From Candidatus Nanohalarchaeota archaeon QJJ-5 (GTDB lineage: Archaea > Nanohalarchaeota > Nanosalinia > Nanosalinales > Nanoanaerosalinaceae), in NCBI GenBank assembly GCA_022865265.1, contig JALIDO010000001.1, positions 1 to 39,200 on the forward strand: a stretch of 39,200 nucleotides of DNA, written 5' to 3'. The notes beneath the pieces were generated by a model. The model was not told where the DNA came from, searched no databases, and saw only the letters and a list, made by a program, of their open reading frames with translations. A program made the position numbers and the translations under genes. The stretch's first letter is position 1; every line of letters starts with the position of its first letter. Below, in pieces: positions 15,940 to 24,425 of this stretch.

Positions 15940-17295
15940 ATGGATGTGACATCGATGTTGGATAAGATACGAAATGTGATCAAAGATTCTGATGATGAAC
16001 TAGACGATTACAAACGTGTTCTGCTGCCGACGACACGCGAAGATATCGTTATTACAGGTGGAAATGGCCCCACGATCGATATCATCCATGATGGAAAACG
16101 ACAAGAGGGTGTCATCGATGCAGCAAGTCAGGTAGGGACGAAACCCTTCGGTCATCGATACGAACCAATGCTGGAGGAGCTTCGTCCACTCTATGAAAAG
16201 GATAGTGATTTCTCCTTGATGATCGATGGTCAGGGGTATTACCATCCACTCCAGCGAGAGCTAGCGGAAGAACTTACATCGATCTATCCTGGTAATCTTT
16301 CGAACGGGGATCTGAAAGTATATTACTGTAATTCCGGATCGGAAGCCGTAGAACGAGGGTGTCTCAAAGCTGCACAACTCCATCGGGGTGGCAACTCGTA
16401 TGTCGCATTCGACAGTGCCTTCCATGGTCGAACCTCGTTGGCCCTATCACATACTACCTCGAAAGGCCATTATACAGAAGGATTCAACTTCCTGGCACGG
16501 ACTCTTGTCGCTCCGTATGCGACAAAAAGTGGTGGCAAGTTCCATCAAGATCCGGAAGAGAATGCAAAACAGTGTCTTGATGTCTTGGAGAAAAAGATCA
16601 AGACCGAAGGTCCAAAAAACATCAACTCGGTCATGTTAGAACCACTACAGGGCGAAGGGGGATACAATGTCCCGCACCCAATCTTTCTCGAAGGCGTCAG
16701 AGACCTGACACATGAGCACAGTATTCCAATGATCGCCGATGAAGTACAGGCAGCATTCAGGACCGGCGAGTGGTTCAGTATCGAGAACTATGATGTACAA
16801 CCAGATATGATATCGGTCTCGAAGACATTTTCCGGGGGTGTTGAACCATTCGGGGCATCCTTGATCAAGGATGAATTCGCCGTCGATGAAAGCGGGAAAC
16901 ACTCAGGCACCTATGGCGGGAATGCAAAGGAGTGTTTCGTCGCCTTGAAGACCATCGAACTCATCCGTACGAACAATCTTCTCGAGCATGCAAAAGACGA
17001 AGGTGACTATCTGGAACAACGGTTCGATGATCTAACATCATACGATATTGTCCACGAGACCAGGGGTATCGGTCTATTCAGGGGTGTCGAGATCAGAAAG
17101 GATGGTGAACCTGCTCCTGATCTTCGTGATGAGGTGATCCACACGATGTTGAACGAACATGATGTCCTTGCAGAACCGTGTGGCAACGATAAATATAATA
17201 CAGCCATCAGGTTCTTGCTTCCTCTGACACTTGACCGTGAACATTCGCGCAAACTGGCTGATGCTCTTGAAGATGCTGTCAAACAACACACCTAG
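15940..17295 (+). CDS. class-III PLP-dependent aminotransferase (acetylornithine/4-aminobutyrate aminotransferase family)
   Basis: YCNSGSEAVE, FHGRT, LEPLQGEGGY, ADEVQAAFRTGEWF and SVSKTFSGG (PLP lysine). I prefer ATG 15940 over the track start at 15889. Confidence 0.8.
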   Translation: MDVTSMLDKIRNVIKDSDDELDDYKRVLLPTTREDIVITGGNGPTIDIIHDGKRQEGVIDAASQVGTKPFGHRYEPMLEELRPLYEKDSDFSLMIDGQGYYHPLQRELAEELTSIYPGNLSNGDLKVYYCNSGSEAVERGCLKAAQLHRGGNSYVAFDSAFHGRTSLALSHTTSKGHYTEGFNFLARTLVAPYATKSGGKFHQDPEENAKQCLDVLEKKIKTEGPKNINSVMLEPLQGEGGYNVPHPIFLEGVRDLTHEHSIPMIADEVQAAFRTGEWFSIENYDVQPDMISVSKTFSGGVEPFGASLIKDEFAVDESGKHSGTYGGNAKECFVALKTIELIRTNNLLEHAKDEGDYLEQRFDDLTSYDIVHETRGIGLFRGVEIRKDGEPAPDLRDEVIHTMLNEHDVLAEPCGNDKYNTAIRFLLPLTLDREHSRKLADALEDAVKQHT

Positions 17296-17303
17296 TGACC
17301 GTC

Positions 17304-17612
17304 ATGAAAGATCTCACACAAGGCTTTATCGATTTCCTGAAAGAGTACGGAGTGATCGGGCTTGCGATAGCAGTCGTGATCGGAAATGCAACCAAAGATC
17401 TCGTAAACAGTGTCGTTGACAGCCTTATCATGCCACTTGTCGGTATCCTTCTTCCTGCCGGAGACTGGCAGGAGTATAGCGTGATGGTTCTGTCAGCCGA
17501 GATCGAGGTCGGTAACCTGCTTGCAGCAGTACTTGATTTTGTGATCATCGCATTGGTGATCTATGCCTTCGTGAAATACATCTTGAGAAAGGAAGACGTC
17601 AAGAAGGTCTAG
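17304..17612 (+). CDS. mscL: large-conductance mechanosensitive channel MscL
   Basis: FIDFLKEYGVIGLAIAVVIGNATKDLVNSVVDSLIMPLVG is collinear with bacterial MscL TM1. A second TM helix and a basic C-terminal tail follow. The ATG is at 17304. Confidence 0.8.
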   Translation: MKDLTQGFIDFLKEYGVIGLAIAVVIGNATKDLVNSVVDSLIMPLVGILLPAGDWQEYSVMVLSAEIEVGNLLAAVLDFVIIALVIYAFVKYILRKEDVKKV

Positions 17613-17639
17613 AAAAAGGGAAAAAGGACCTGGAAGCGA

Positions 17640-19175
17640 TTATTCATCGCTCCCACGGAAGATATCTGCCGAAAGGCCCTGGGCCATCTCGATATCTTTC
17701 TCATTGTTGACCGTCCAGGCCTTACGATGGGTGACGGCTCTGATGATATCTTTGCCAGAGGCAATACCAGAGCCTGATTTCTTGACCCCGCCGAATGGCA
17801 GATGGACCTCTGCTCCGATACTTGGCAGATTAACGTAACCAAGACCGACTTCACAGTCCTGCCGTGCTCGACGTGCCTTGCGATAATCTTCAGTACAGAT
17901 CGCCATCGCAAGACCATACTCAACCGAATTATGGATCTCGATAGCTTCATCGAGGTCACTGTACGGCATGATGGCTACATGTGGTCCGAAGACCTCTTCA
18001 TGCAACACATCGATATCGTCATCATACTCGATGCGATAGGCAAATGGGCCGACGAATCGTCCATCAGCATGTTCCTCTCCTATATCGGTTTCGCGGTCGA
18101 CAAGGACCTCTGCTGCATCGAGATCACGGACACGCTGGTTCCATTCTTTGGTCTTTTCGACCTGTGCATCATCGACCAGTGGTCCCATGAAGACATCATC
18201 TTCGACAGGATGGCCATAATTGATCTTTTCCGCAGCCGAGACGAACCGCTGTTGGAATTCATCGATCACATCTTCATGGACCAGCACGCGTTCTGCTGAT
18301 ACACATCGTTGGCCGGTGGTCTTGTAGGCTGACATGATCGCTGAATGAACAGCTATATCCATATCTGCGTCTTCTGTAACAATGATTGCGTTTTTACCAC
18401 CCATCTCACATGCACACTGTTTGTCCCCCTGAACAGCGACGTCTTTCTGGATCATCTGTCCTACCTTGGCCGATCCAGTGAACAGGACAGAATCAACATC
18501 ATTACTGGAGACAAGTGGTGCTCCTGAGTCCTCACCGTAGCCGGTGATCATGTTGATGACACCATCCGGGATGCCTGCTTCATCGAAGACCTCCATCAGT
18601 TTGACTGCACACTTCGGTGTCTGTTCTGCTGGTTTCCAGACAACAGTGTTGCCTTCGATCAGTGGAATCGCAATCAGCCAGATCGGGATCGCTATCGGGA
18701 AGTTCCACGGTGTGATCGATGCTACAACCCCGGCTGGCTGTCGATGGACATAGGAGTCTTTTGCCGGGATTTCTGATTCGACAACCTCACCAGTCGGTTG
18801 TCTCGCATTGCCAAATGCATACTGAAGCATATGGATGGCTTCGACGACATCGGCCTTTCCTTCAGAGAGTTCCTTACCACACTCGCGTGATACAAGTTCA
18901 CCCAGTTCATCGGTCCGTTGTTCGAGTATCTTGAATACTTCTTCGATATATGCAGCTCGGTCAATCCGAGAAAGACTTTGCCATTGTTCCTGGGCTTCAT
19001 TGGCTGCCTCGATAGCGCGTTGTGCATCCTCTTCGGTTGAACGCTGGAATTGTCCCAGGACACGATCGGTATCTGCTGGTTCGACTGATTCAAAGGTTTC
19101 ACCAGAACGTGCGGTCACCCATTCTCCATCGATATAGTTCTTGTATGTGTCTGTCATCTGATATCCCATAGACAC
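17640..19175 (-). CDS. NAD(P)-dependent aldehyde dehydrogenase
   Basis: ALDH motifs: WNFP, FTGSAKVG, CEMGGKNA (catalytic Glu), GQRCVSAERV (catalytic Cys), EEVFGP. Confidence 0.85.
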   Translation of the reverse strand: MSMGYQMTDTYKNYIDGEWVTARSGETFESVEPADTDRVLGQFQRSTEEDAQRAIEAANEAQEQWQSLSRIDRAAYIEEVFKILEQRTDELGELVSRECGKELSEGKADVVEAIHMLQYAFGNARQPTGEVVESEIPAKDSYVHRQPAGVVASITPWNFPIAIPIWLIAIPLIEGNTVVWKPAEQTPKCAVKLMEVFDEAGIPDGVINMITGYGEDSGAPLVSSNDVDSVLFTGSAKVGQMIQKDVAVQGDKQCACEMGGKNAIIVTEDADMDIAVHSAIMSAYKTTGQRCVSAERVLVHEDVIDEFQQRFVSAAEKINYGHPVEDDVFMGPLVDDAQVEKTKEWNQRVRDLDAAEVLVDRETDIGEEHADGRFVGPFAYRIEYDDDIDVLHEEVFGPHVAIMPYSDLDEAIEIHNSVEYGLAMAICTEDYRKARRARQDCEVGLGYVNLPSIGAEVHLPFGGVKKSGSGIASGKDIIRAVTHRKAWTVNNEKDIEMAQGLSADIFRGSDE

Positions 19176-19272
19176 TAGTCAGGGCTCCCAGTACAAATAA
19201 GTACCAGCCACAGCGGAACTCGTGGCATCTGACCCACATGGCTTAATAACGTGGATGCATTGTTTTACAGTG

Positions 19273-20784
19273 ATGACACAACAGGTCGGGACCATTATCG
19301 CAACTGAGGATACACCAACCACCGAAGATTTCAGCTTCGTCCTTGAAGAACGAGTAAAAAAAGAGCAGTTCGTTGAATTCGATACAGAAGAAGGCCGAGC
19401 GATCGCACGGGTTGCTGCAGTACGGAAGACGAATCAATTCTTTATGAATGCAGAATCGGTGTCTGAATCACGGAAAAATGGGGTAAAACTCCGTGATCAC
19501 TTCCCAACAGATGATCGAGAACATCTCGTAGCTGAGGGAAAGATCTTAGGTGTCTACAATGATGATGGTCTGGTACAACGTCCATCATTTCCTCCATCTC
19601 CTGGCACTGAAGTCCATGAGGCCGAGACCGATCGATTACGTGATTTCCTTGGATTAGCCGGTGATGATGGTATCAAGATCGGTGATGTCCAATTCCAGGA
19701 TCTTGAAGCATCACTGGATTTGACCAAACTCTTCCAGAAACACATGGCAATCCTTGCCCAATCGGGTGCTGGAAAATCTTACCTTGCATCGGTCATGATC
19801 GAAGAACTCCTCGATCGGGAGCCTGCAGAGGGACAACTTGGTGTAGTAGCGATCGACCCGCATGGTGAATACGCTGGCTTTGTCAAGGATAGTGAATATG
19901 GTGACCGTGTAGAGGTCTACAATGGTGAAGACATCAAGATCAGTGTTTCATCACTGACAGCTGGCAAGTTAGCGAAATACTTCAGCGATGTGACCTCACC
20001 ACAGAAACGAGAGATCAAAAAGATACTTGATGATCTAGACAAAGAGAAACGGCAAGGAAAAGGCGTCTATGGTCTTGAAGATATCAAAGAACGAGTCGAT
20101 GAGGCGGATATGCCGACCAAGACCAAACAGATCTGGCAGGACCGGTTGAACCGGATGCAGTATATGAATCTGTTCAAGAAATACGATAACCCCTCCCTCG
20201 ATAGGATCGATATGGGGAAGATGATCGTCCTCGATCTTTCGGATGTCATCCAATACAAGAAAAAACAGATCATCACAGCCTATTTTGCCGATAAACTGTT
20301 CAGAGCACGGATGCGTTCAGAAATCCCGCCATTCTTCTTCCTCGTGGAAGAAGCTCACAACTTTGCTCCTGAGAATGTTTCTTCAAGTGATGCTATTGCC
20401 CGTGGCCCGATACAGCGTATTGCACGGGAAGGACGAAAGTTCCATGCGTCACTAGGATTGATATCACAGCGACCGGTTGGGCTTTCGACGACAGCTCTTT
20501 CACAGTGCAATACACATGTCATCTTACGGGTCACGAATCCGAATGATCTCGACCGGATCAAACAAAGTGCAGAGGGCATAACGAGCGATGTCATACGATC
20601 GATCCCAGGGCTTCGTACAGGAGAGTGTATCATCGTAGGGGAAGCTGTCGATTATCCGGCATTCGTCTCTGTCCGTGAACGTCGCTCCGAGGAATTCGAA
20701 ACAGGGAAGGCACTGAAAGAAATCGCACAACAGTATCATGATGAAGAACAGCTGGATGATGACGATATCGAAGCATTCATGTAG
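19273..20784 (+). CDS. HerA-like (DUF87/COG0433) P-loop ATPase
   Basis: ATG 19273 (MTQQVGTII...). The N-terminal segment is compatible with a HAS barrel. Walker A AILAQSGAGKSYL, Walker B-like FFFLVEEAHNF, GRKFHASLGLISQRP and NTHVILRVTN. Confidence 0.7.
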   Translation: MTQQVGTIIATEDTPTTEDFSFVLEERVKKEQFVEFDTEEGRAIARVAAVRKTNQFFMNAESVSESRKNGVKLRDHFPTDDREHLVAEGKILGVYNDDGLVQRPSFPPSPGTEVHEAETDRLRDFLGLAGDDGIKIGDVQFQDLEASLDLTKLFQKHMAILAQSGAGKSYLASVMIEELLDREPAEGQLGVVAIDPHGEYAGFVKDSEYGDRVEVYNGEDIKISVSSLTAGKLAKYFSDVTSPQKREIKKILDDLDKEKRQGKGVYGLEDIKERVDEADMPTKTKQIWQDRLNRMQYMNLFKKYDNPSLDRIDMGKMIVLDLSDVIQYKKKQIITAYFADKLFRARMRSEIPPFFFLVEEAHNFAPENVSSSDAIARGPIQRIAREGRKFHASLGLISQRPVGLSTTALSQCNTHVILRVTNPNDLDRIKQSAEGITSDVIRSIPGLRTGECIIVGEAVDYPAFVSVRERRSEEFETGKALKEIAQQYHDEEQLDDDDIEAFM

Positions 20785-20830
20785 GTCCTCGGTCAGCCAT
20801 CAATAGATAAAAGATACCGATTATCAGAAC

Positions 20831-21388
20831 ATGATGATGGTCTCCCGTAATAACTGGCTCATACAGACGATTACCCTGATCTCTGTATTGATGATCATAG
20901 GATCGACAGCGATGGCTGCAGTTCAGCCAGTAGATTCTCATGGTGGGTCTATGATCACCATGGATACCGATACGGCGAATCTCACTATGTCTACTGATGA
21001 TCGACGCGATGTGACTATCTATAATGATGGTGGACGACGCCATCCGTTCCAGATCCAGGTGTTTCCATCGAATGAAGAAGGACTCCTCAGTGCATCACTT
21101 ATCACTGAGAACTCGATCAATGATGAGGTCCAGACCGTGCTCAATAGACGCTCCTCACAGACCTTTGTCCTTTCTGTACGTGCGGCACAATGCATCACCA
21201 CTTGTCGAGAGTCTGTGACACTTCGAGTCGAGAATCTGGATACAGGAGCAACAGCAGAGGAAACCTTCGATGTACGGATCGAACGTGAAAACCAACAGGT
21301 CGTATCCTCTGCCCTGGAACCAACACAGATCGTTGTTTTGATTTTTGGTGTAGCTGTGGTCTTTGGATTACGGAGGGAACCGTCATGA
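20831..21388 (+). CDS. hypothetical secreted or anchored protein (N-terminal signal/TM, beta-rich middle, C-terminal TM)
   Basis: N-terminal LIQTITLISVLMIIGSTAMA and C-terminal IVVLIFGVAVVFGL followed by RREPS. Its stop overlaps the trm56 start (ATGA). Confidence 0.45.
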   Translation: MMMVSRNNWLIQTITLISVLMIIGSTAMAAVQPVDSHGGSMITMDTDTANLTMSTDDRRDVTIYNDGGRRHPFQIQVFPSNEEGLLSASLITENSINDEVQTVLNRRSSQTFVLSVRAAQCITTCRESVTLRVENLDTGATAEETFDVRIERENQQVVSSALEPTQIVVLIFGVAVVFGLRREPS

Positions 21389-21897
21389 TTACCGTGCTCC
21401 GTCTTGGCCATCGACGTGGCCGTGATGACCGTATATCCTCACATGTGGGGCTGACAGCACGCCAGTTCGGTGCGGACAAAATCATCTTTTCTGGCGAACA
21501 TGATGAGAACATGCTCGAGAGCCAGCAAGATATCGTCGATCGCTGGGGTGGTGAGTTCGAGATCACCTATCGAGAAGCGTATCGACCCGTGATCACAGAG
21601 TTCGAAGGCACCAGAGTCCATCTCACCATGTACGGTGAATCATTCAGGGAAAGTGATGTCCTCGAGCAGGATATCGATGATCTCCTCATCGTCGTGGGGT
21701 CACAGAAAGTACCTCGAGATATCTATGAGAAGGTCGATTACAACCTCGGGGTCGGGCATCAACCACATTCAGAGGTCGCAGCCCTTGCGGTGTTTCTGTA
21801 CGAGTGCAATGGCCATCAGATTCCACAGTCGTTCGATGGAGCGGATATCGAAGTTATTCCTTCTGAACAGCACAAAAAAACCCGTCGGCCTGATTAA
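21385..21897 (+). CDS. trm56: tRNA (cytidine56-2'-O)-methyltransferase aTrm56 (SPOUT)
   Basis: MITVLRLGHRRGRDDRISSHVGLTARQFGADKIIF, RWGGEF, VHLTMYG, VVGSQKVP and GHQPHSEVAALAVFL are collinear with Pyrococcus aTrm56 as I remember it. Confidence 0.85.
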   Translation: MITVLRLGHRRGRDDRISSHVGLTARQFGADKIIFSGEHDENMLESQQDIVDRWGGEFEITYREAYRPVITEFEGTRVHLTMYGESFRESDVLEQDIDDLLIVVGSQKVPRDIYEKVDYNLGVGHQPHSEVAALAVFLYECNGHQIPQSFDGADIEVIPSEQHKKTRRPD

Positions 21898-21992
21898 GGG
21901 TCAGAACAGTCACGGATATACCCACAATTCGGACACTTCAGCTCACAGGCATGTTCATACATCTGAACGCCACATATATCGCATTCAATCAT
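21894..21992 (-). CDS. 32-aa zinc-ribbon micro-protein (MIECDICGVQMYEHACELKCPNCGYIRDCSDP), below the ORF-track size cutoff
   Basis: My own translation. CxxC-12-CxxC plus two extra Cys. Its ATG overlaps the photolyase stop codon as ATGATTGA, the same overlap string as mre11/rad50. Its TAA shares the palindromic TTAA (21894-21897) with the convergent trm56 stop. Confidence 0.45.
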   Translation of the reverse strand: MIECDICGVQMYEHACELKCPNCGYIRDCSDP

Positions 21993-23394
21993 CACCGTCA
22001 TCACGTGCATTCTCGAACAGTTCGATAGCGATTTCACGTTCCTCACTGTGCTCGACAATCGGAGCTGGATAATCTTTTCCGATCACACAGCCAACCTGTT
22101 GCTGGACGGTTTTCGGCATCTCATGAGGTGTATGGATATGCTCATCAGGGACAGCCTGGAGTTCAGGTACCCATTCACGGATGAACGTTCCATCAGGATC
22201 ATACCGTTCACCTTGTGTCCATGGGTTGAAGACGCGGAAATATGGCTGGGCATCGGTCCCGTTCGAATATGCCCACTGGATACCACCAATCATCAATGCG
22301 ACCTCTGCATCGACGAAATGACGTTTGAAATGAGTGTGAAGCCGTCGCCAGTCGATATGAAGATCTTTAGCTGCAAAACTTGTCACGACCATCCGCAATC
22401 GATTATGCATCCACCCAGTCTCTTTGAGCTGGCGCATCCCCGCATCGACAAACGGATATCCTGTCTGTCCAGCACAGAATGCTTTCCAGTGTTCTTTATG
22501 TTGCTCGTCCCAGTGCCATTCGATACTACTGTATTGTTCCTGGAATGGCTCATCGGTCATCCGTGGATAATGCCAGAGCAACTGCATGTAGAAATCCCGC
22601 CAGGCCAGCTGTTGTTGCCAGGTGTCGATACCGGTTTCATCATCGAGACGGCCCCGCATCCGTTCACTTTCCCAGTACACCTCTCGTGGCGACAATGTTC
22701 CAAATTTGAGATGTGGTGAGATTGTTGCCGTCTCCTCGCGTGCTGGATAATCACGCCCTTCATCATAGTTCTCGATAGCATCCATGAAGGCCATAAGCCG
22801 TTCGCGACCAGCCTCACGTGAGCCATCCCAGTATGTATGGTTCTCAAAGCCAAGTGTGTCTAGGTCCGGTAGTGGTTCAGGATCTGCCGGTACTGTTTCA
22901 TACTCAGCGGGCTCTACAGGACGAGATTTCTCTCGTTTACGCCATTTCTTGTGGTAATAGGTGAAGATCTGATACGGTGTTTCTTTGTTCGTCAAGATCT
23001 CATCTTTCTCATGCAACACGATATCCTGGAATGAGTTAAATGGACAGTCCAGTGCCCCAGCTACTGCCTCATCGCGCTGTTGTGCATAGGGTGTATAATC
23101 ATGATTCACATAGACAGCATCTGCATCGATAGCCCGAGCTACCTCCGGGACAACGGTAACAGGATCTCCCTGTCTGATGGTCAGTTGTTTTCCTTGTTCT
23201 TCAAGCTGACTTTTGAGCGAACTGACCGCATCATGCCAGAAGGATACACGTGGAGATCCGAGCTCTGTCTCGCTGAAATACGTTGTATCGACAACATATA
23301 GAATCACGACCTCATCATGATCCTGTGTAGCTCTGACCAAGGCCGTATTATCATACTCACGTAGAGCACGACGTAACCAGACGATCGCTGTCAT
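21985..23394 (-). CDS. phr: deoxyribodipyrimidine photolyase / cryptochrome family
   Basis: N-terminal IVWLRRALREYDN, C-terminal FAD-binding motifs WRDFY, TGYPFVDAGMRQL and TGWMHNRLRMVVTSF. Confidence 0.9.
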   Translation of the reverse strand: MTAIVWLRRALREYDNTALVRATQDHDEVVILYVVDTTYFSETELGSPRVSFWHDAVSSLKSQLEEQGKQLTIRQGDPVTVVPEVARAIDADAVYVNHDYTPYAQQRDEAVAGALDCPFNSFQDIVLHEKDEILTNKETPYQIFTYYHKKWRKREKSRPVEPAEYETVPADPEPLPDLDTLGFENHTYWDGSREAGRERLMAFMDAIENYDEGRDYPAREETATISPHLKFGTLSPREVYWESERMRGRLDDETGIDTWQQQLAWRDFYMQLLWHYPRMTDEPFQEQYSSIEWHWDEQHKEHWKAFCAGQTGYPFVDAGMRQLKETGWMHNRLRMVVTSFAAKDLHIDWRRLHTHFKRHFVDAEVALMIGGIQWAYSNGTDAQPYFRVFNPWTQGERYDPDGTFIREWVPELQAVPDEHIHTPHEMPKTVQQQVGCVIGKDYPAPIVEHSEEREIAIELFENARDDGDD

Positions 23395-23454
23395 CCTTAT
23401 CTAGTCTTTACATCGGGACGAACCGTGAAAAATCTTCGTACAAAACAAGATCAC

Positions 23455-24195
23455 ATGAGCTTTGGAACATCGGTAGGGCCGATGCTTGAACCGATCGATG
23501 CTATTGAATGTGAGACCGATTTCATCGAGATAGCCATCGGAGAACATGAGATAGTGCCGACGGAACTCGATATCGCTCAGCTCCGTGACGAGCTAGATGA
23601 ACGTGGTGATGATCTTGTTGTCCATCTTCCGTTCAGACAGCCGATGGCAACAAGTGTCGAGATGTTCAATGAGGCCTTCCTCTCGTATATGGACCAGTTA
23701 CTGACCAGTATTGCACCGCTCGATCCTACCAAAGCTGTCGTCCATGCGAGCTGTCGTGATCCTGAACGACAGGAAGAACGTGACAGACTCGAAAAACAGA
23801 TACGAGAACTGGAAGCGATCGGCAAGTCACATGATGTACAGATCTGCCATGAAAATGTTGGAAATTTCGATGGCCCTGCCCTGAACGATCTCGCGGCTAT
23901 GATCGCAGAAACAGATGCACGGATGTGTCTCGATACCGGTCATGCCTTTGATGAGGCCGGACAAGAGGGACTTGAAGATATCGTCGCAACATATCCTGAT
24001 CTAATCGATCATGTCCATCTCCAAGATACCAGACCCGGACAGGACCTCCATATGCCGATCGGGGCCGGTGAGATCGAGTTCGACCCATTGGGAGAGCATC
24101 TTTCTGCTGATGATACTTCGATCTGTCTGGAACTGTTCACCGATGATCACGATCTGCGAAGGGATTCGATGCGACGAGCCCGGAGGCTGTTCTAG
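23455..24195 (+). CDS. xylose-isomerase-like TIM-barrel protein (AP endonuclease family 2 / EndoIV-like or sugar-phosphate isomerase)
   Basis: Metal-ligand pattern in order: VVHLPF, VVHASC, CHENV, CLDTGHA, HVHLQD, IGAGEIEF and CLELF. The ATG is at 23455. It is divergent from the photolyase gene. Confidence 0.65.
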   Translation: MSFGTSVGPMLEPIDAIECETDFIEIAIGEHEIVPTELDIAQLRDELDERGDDLVVHLPFRQPMATSVEMFNEAFLSYMDQLLTSIAPLDPTKAVVHASCRDPERQEERDRLEKQIRELEAIGKSHDVQICHENVGNFDGPALNDLAAMIAETDARMCLDTGHAFDEAGQEGLEDIVATYPDLIDHVHLQDTRPGQDLHMPIGAGEIEFDPLGEHLSADDTSICLELFTDDHDLRRDSMRRARRLF

Positions 24196-24318
24196 ATGAA
24201 GACCTGTGACTGTGAGAAGACATGGTGCTGGCACAGTATCGCTGGTCTGATCGTAACCCTGATCATTGGTTTTGTTGCTTTTGAACTCCTGTATCATGCG
24301 ATCTTTGGAGCGCACTGA
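24196..24318 (+). CDS. possible 40-aa Cys-rich single-TM micro-protein (MKTCDCEKTWCWHSIAGLIVTLIIGFVAFELLYHAIFGAH)
   Basis: My own translation. The ATG directly abuts the TIM-barrel stop codon (TAGATG). It has one clear hydrophobic helix. There is no other support. Confidence 0.25.
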   Translation: MKTCDCEKTWCWHSIAGLIVTLIIGFVAFELLYHAIFGAH

Positions 24319-24362
24319 CCTGGTTCATATAGTTTGATGAGAGGGCGGGCATCAACCGCACC

Positions 24363-24370
24363 TTTATAAT
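24363..24370 (+). promoter_or_regulatory. TATA box (TTTATAAT) of the NAD operon
   Basis: CCTTTATAAT lies about 60 nt upstream of ATG 24426. The same CCTTTATAAT string precedes the ncRNA candidate at 33683-33692 on the minus strand. Confidence 0.5.
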
Positions 24371-24385
24371 GTTTCGTGTCAATTC

Positions 24386-24403
24386 TACACTAAGGTTAGT
24401 GTA
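24386..24403. promoter_or_regulatory. perfect 8-2-8 palindrome TACACTAA-GG-TTAGTGTA, operator candidate
   Basis: The arms at 24386-24393 and 24396-24403 are exact reverse complements. The element starts 16 nt downstream of the TATA box, over the expected transcription start, and sits upstream of the NAPRT start codon. Confidence 0.5.
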
Positions 24404-24425
24404 AGAACAACACGAAGTGATCAAG

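Noticed and set aside
20831-21388. The 185-aa gene after the HerA-like ATPase as a NurA nuclease
   Set aside because: It is too short, it has signal/TM segments at both ends with a beta-rich middle, and it has no NurA-type acidic catalytic motifs.
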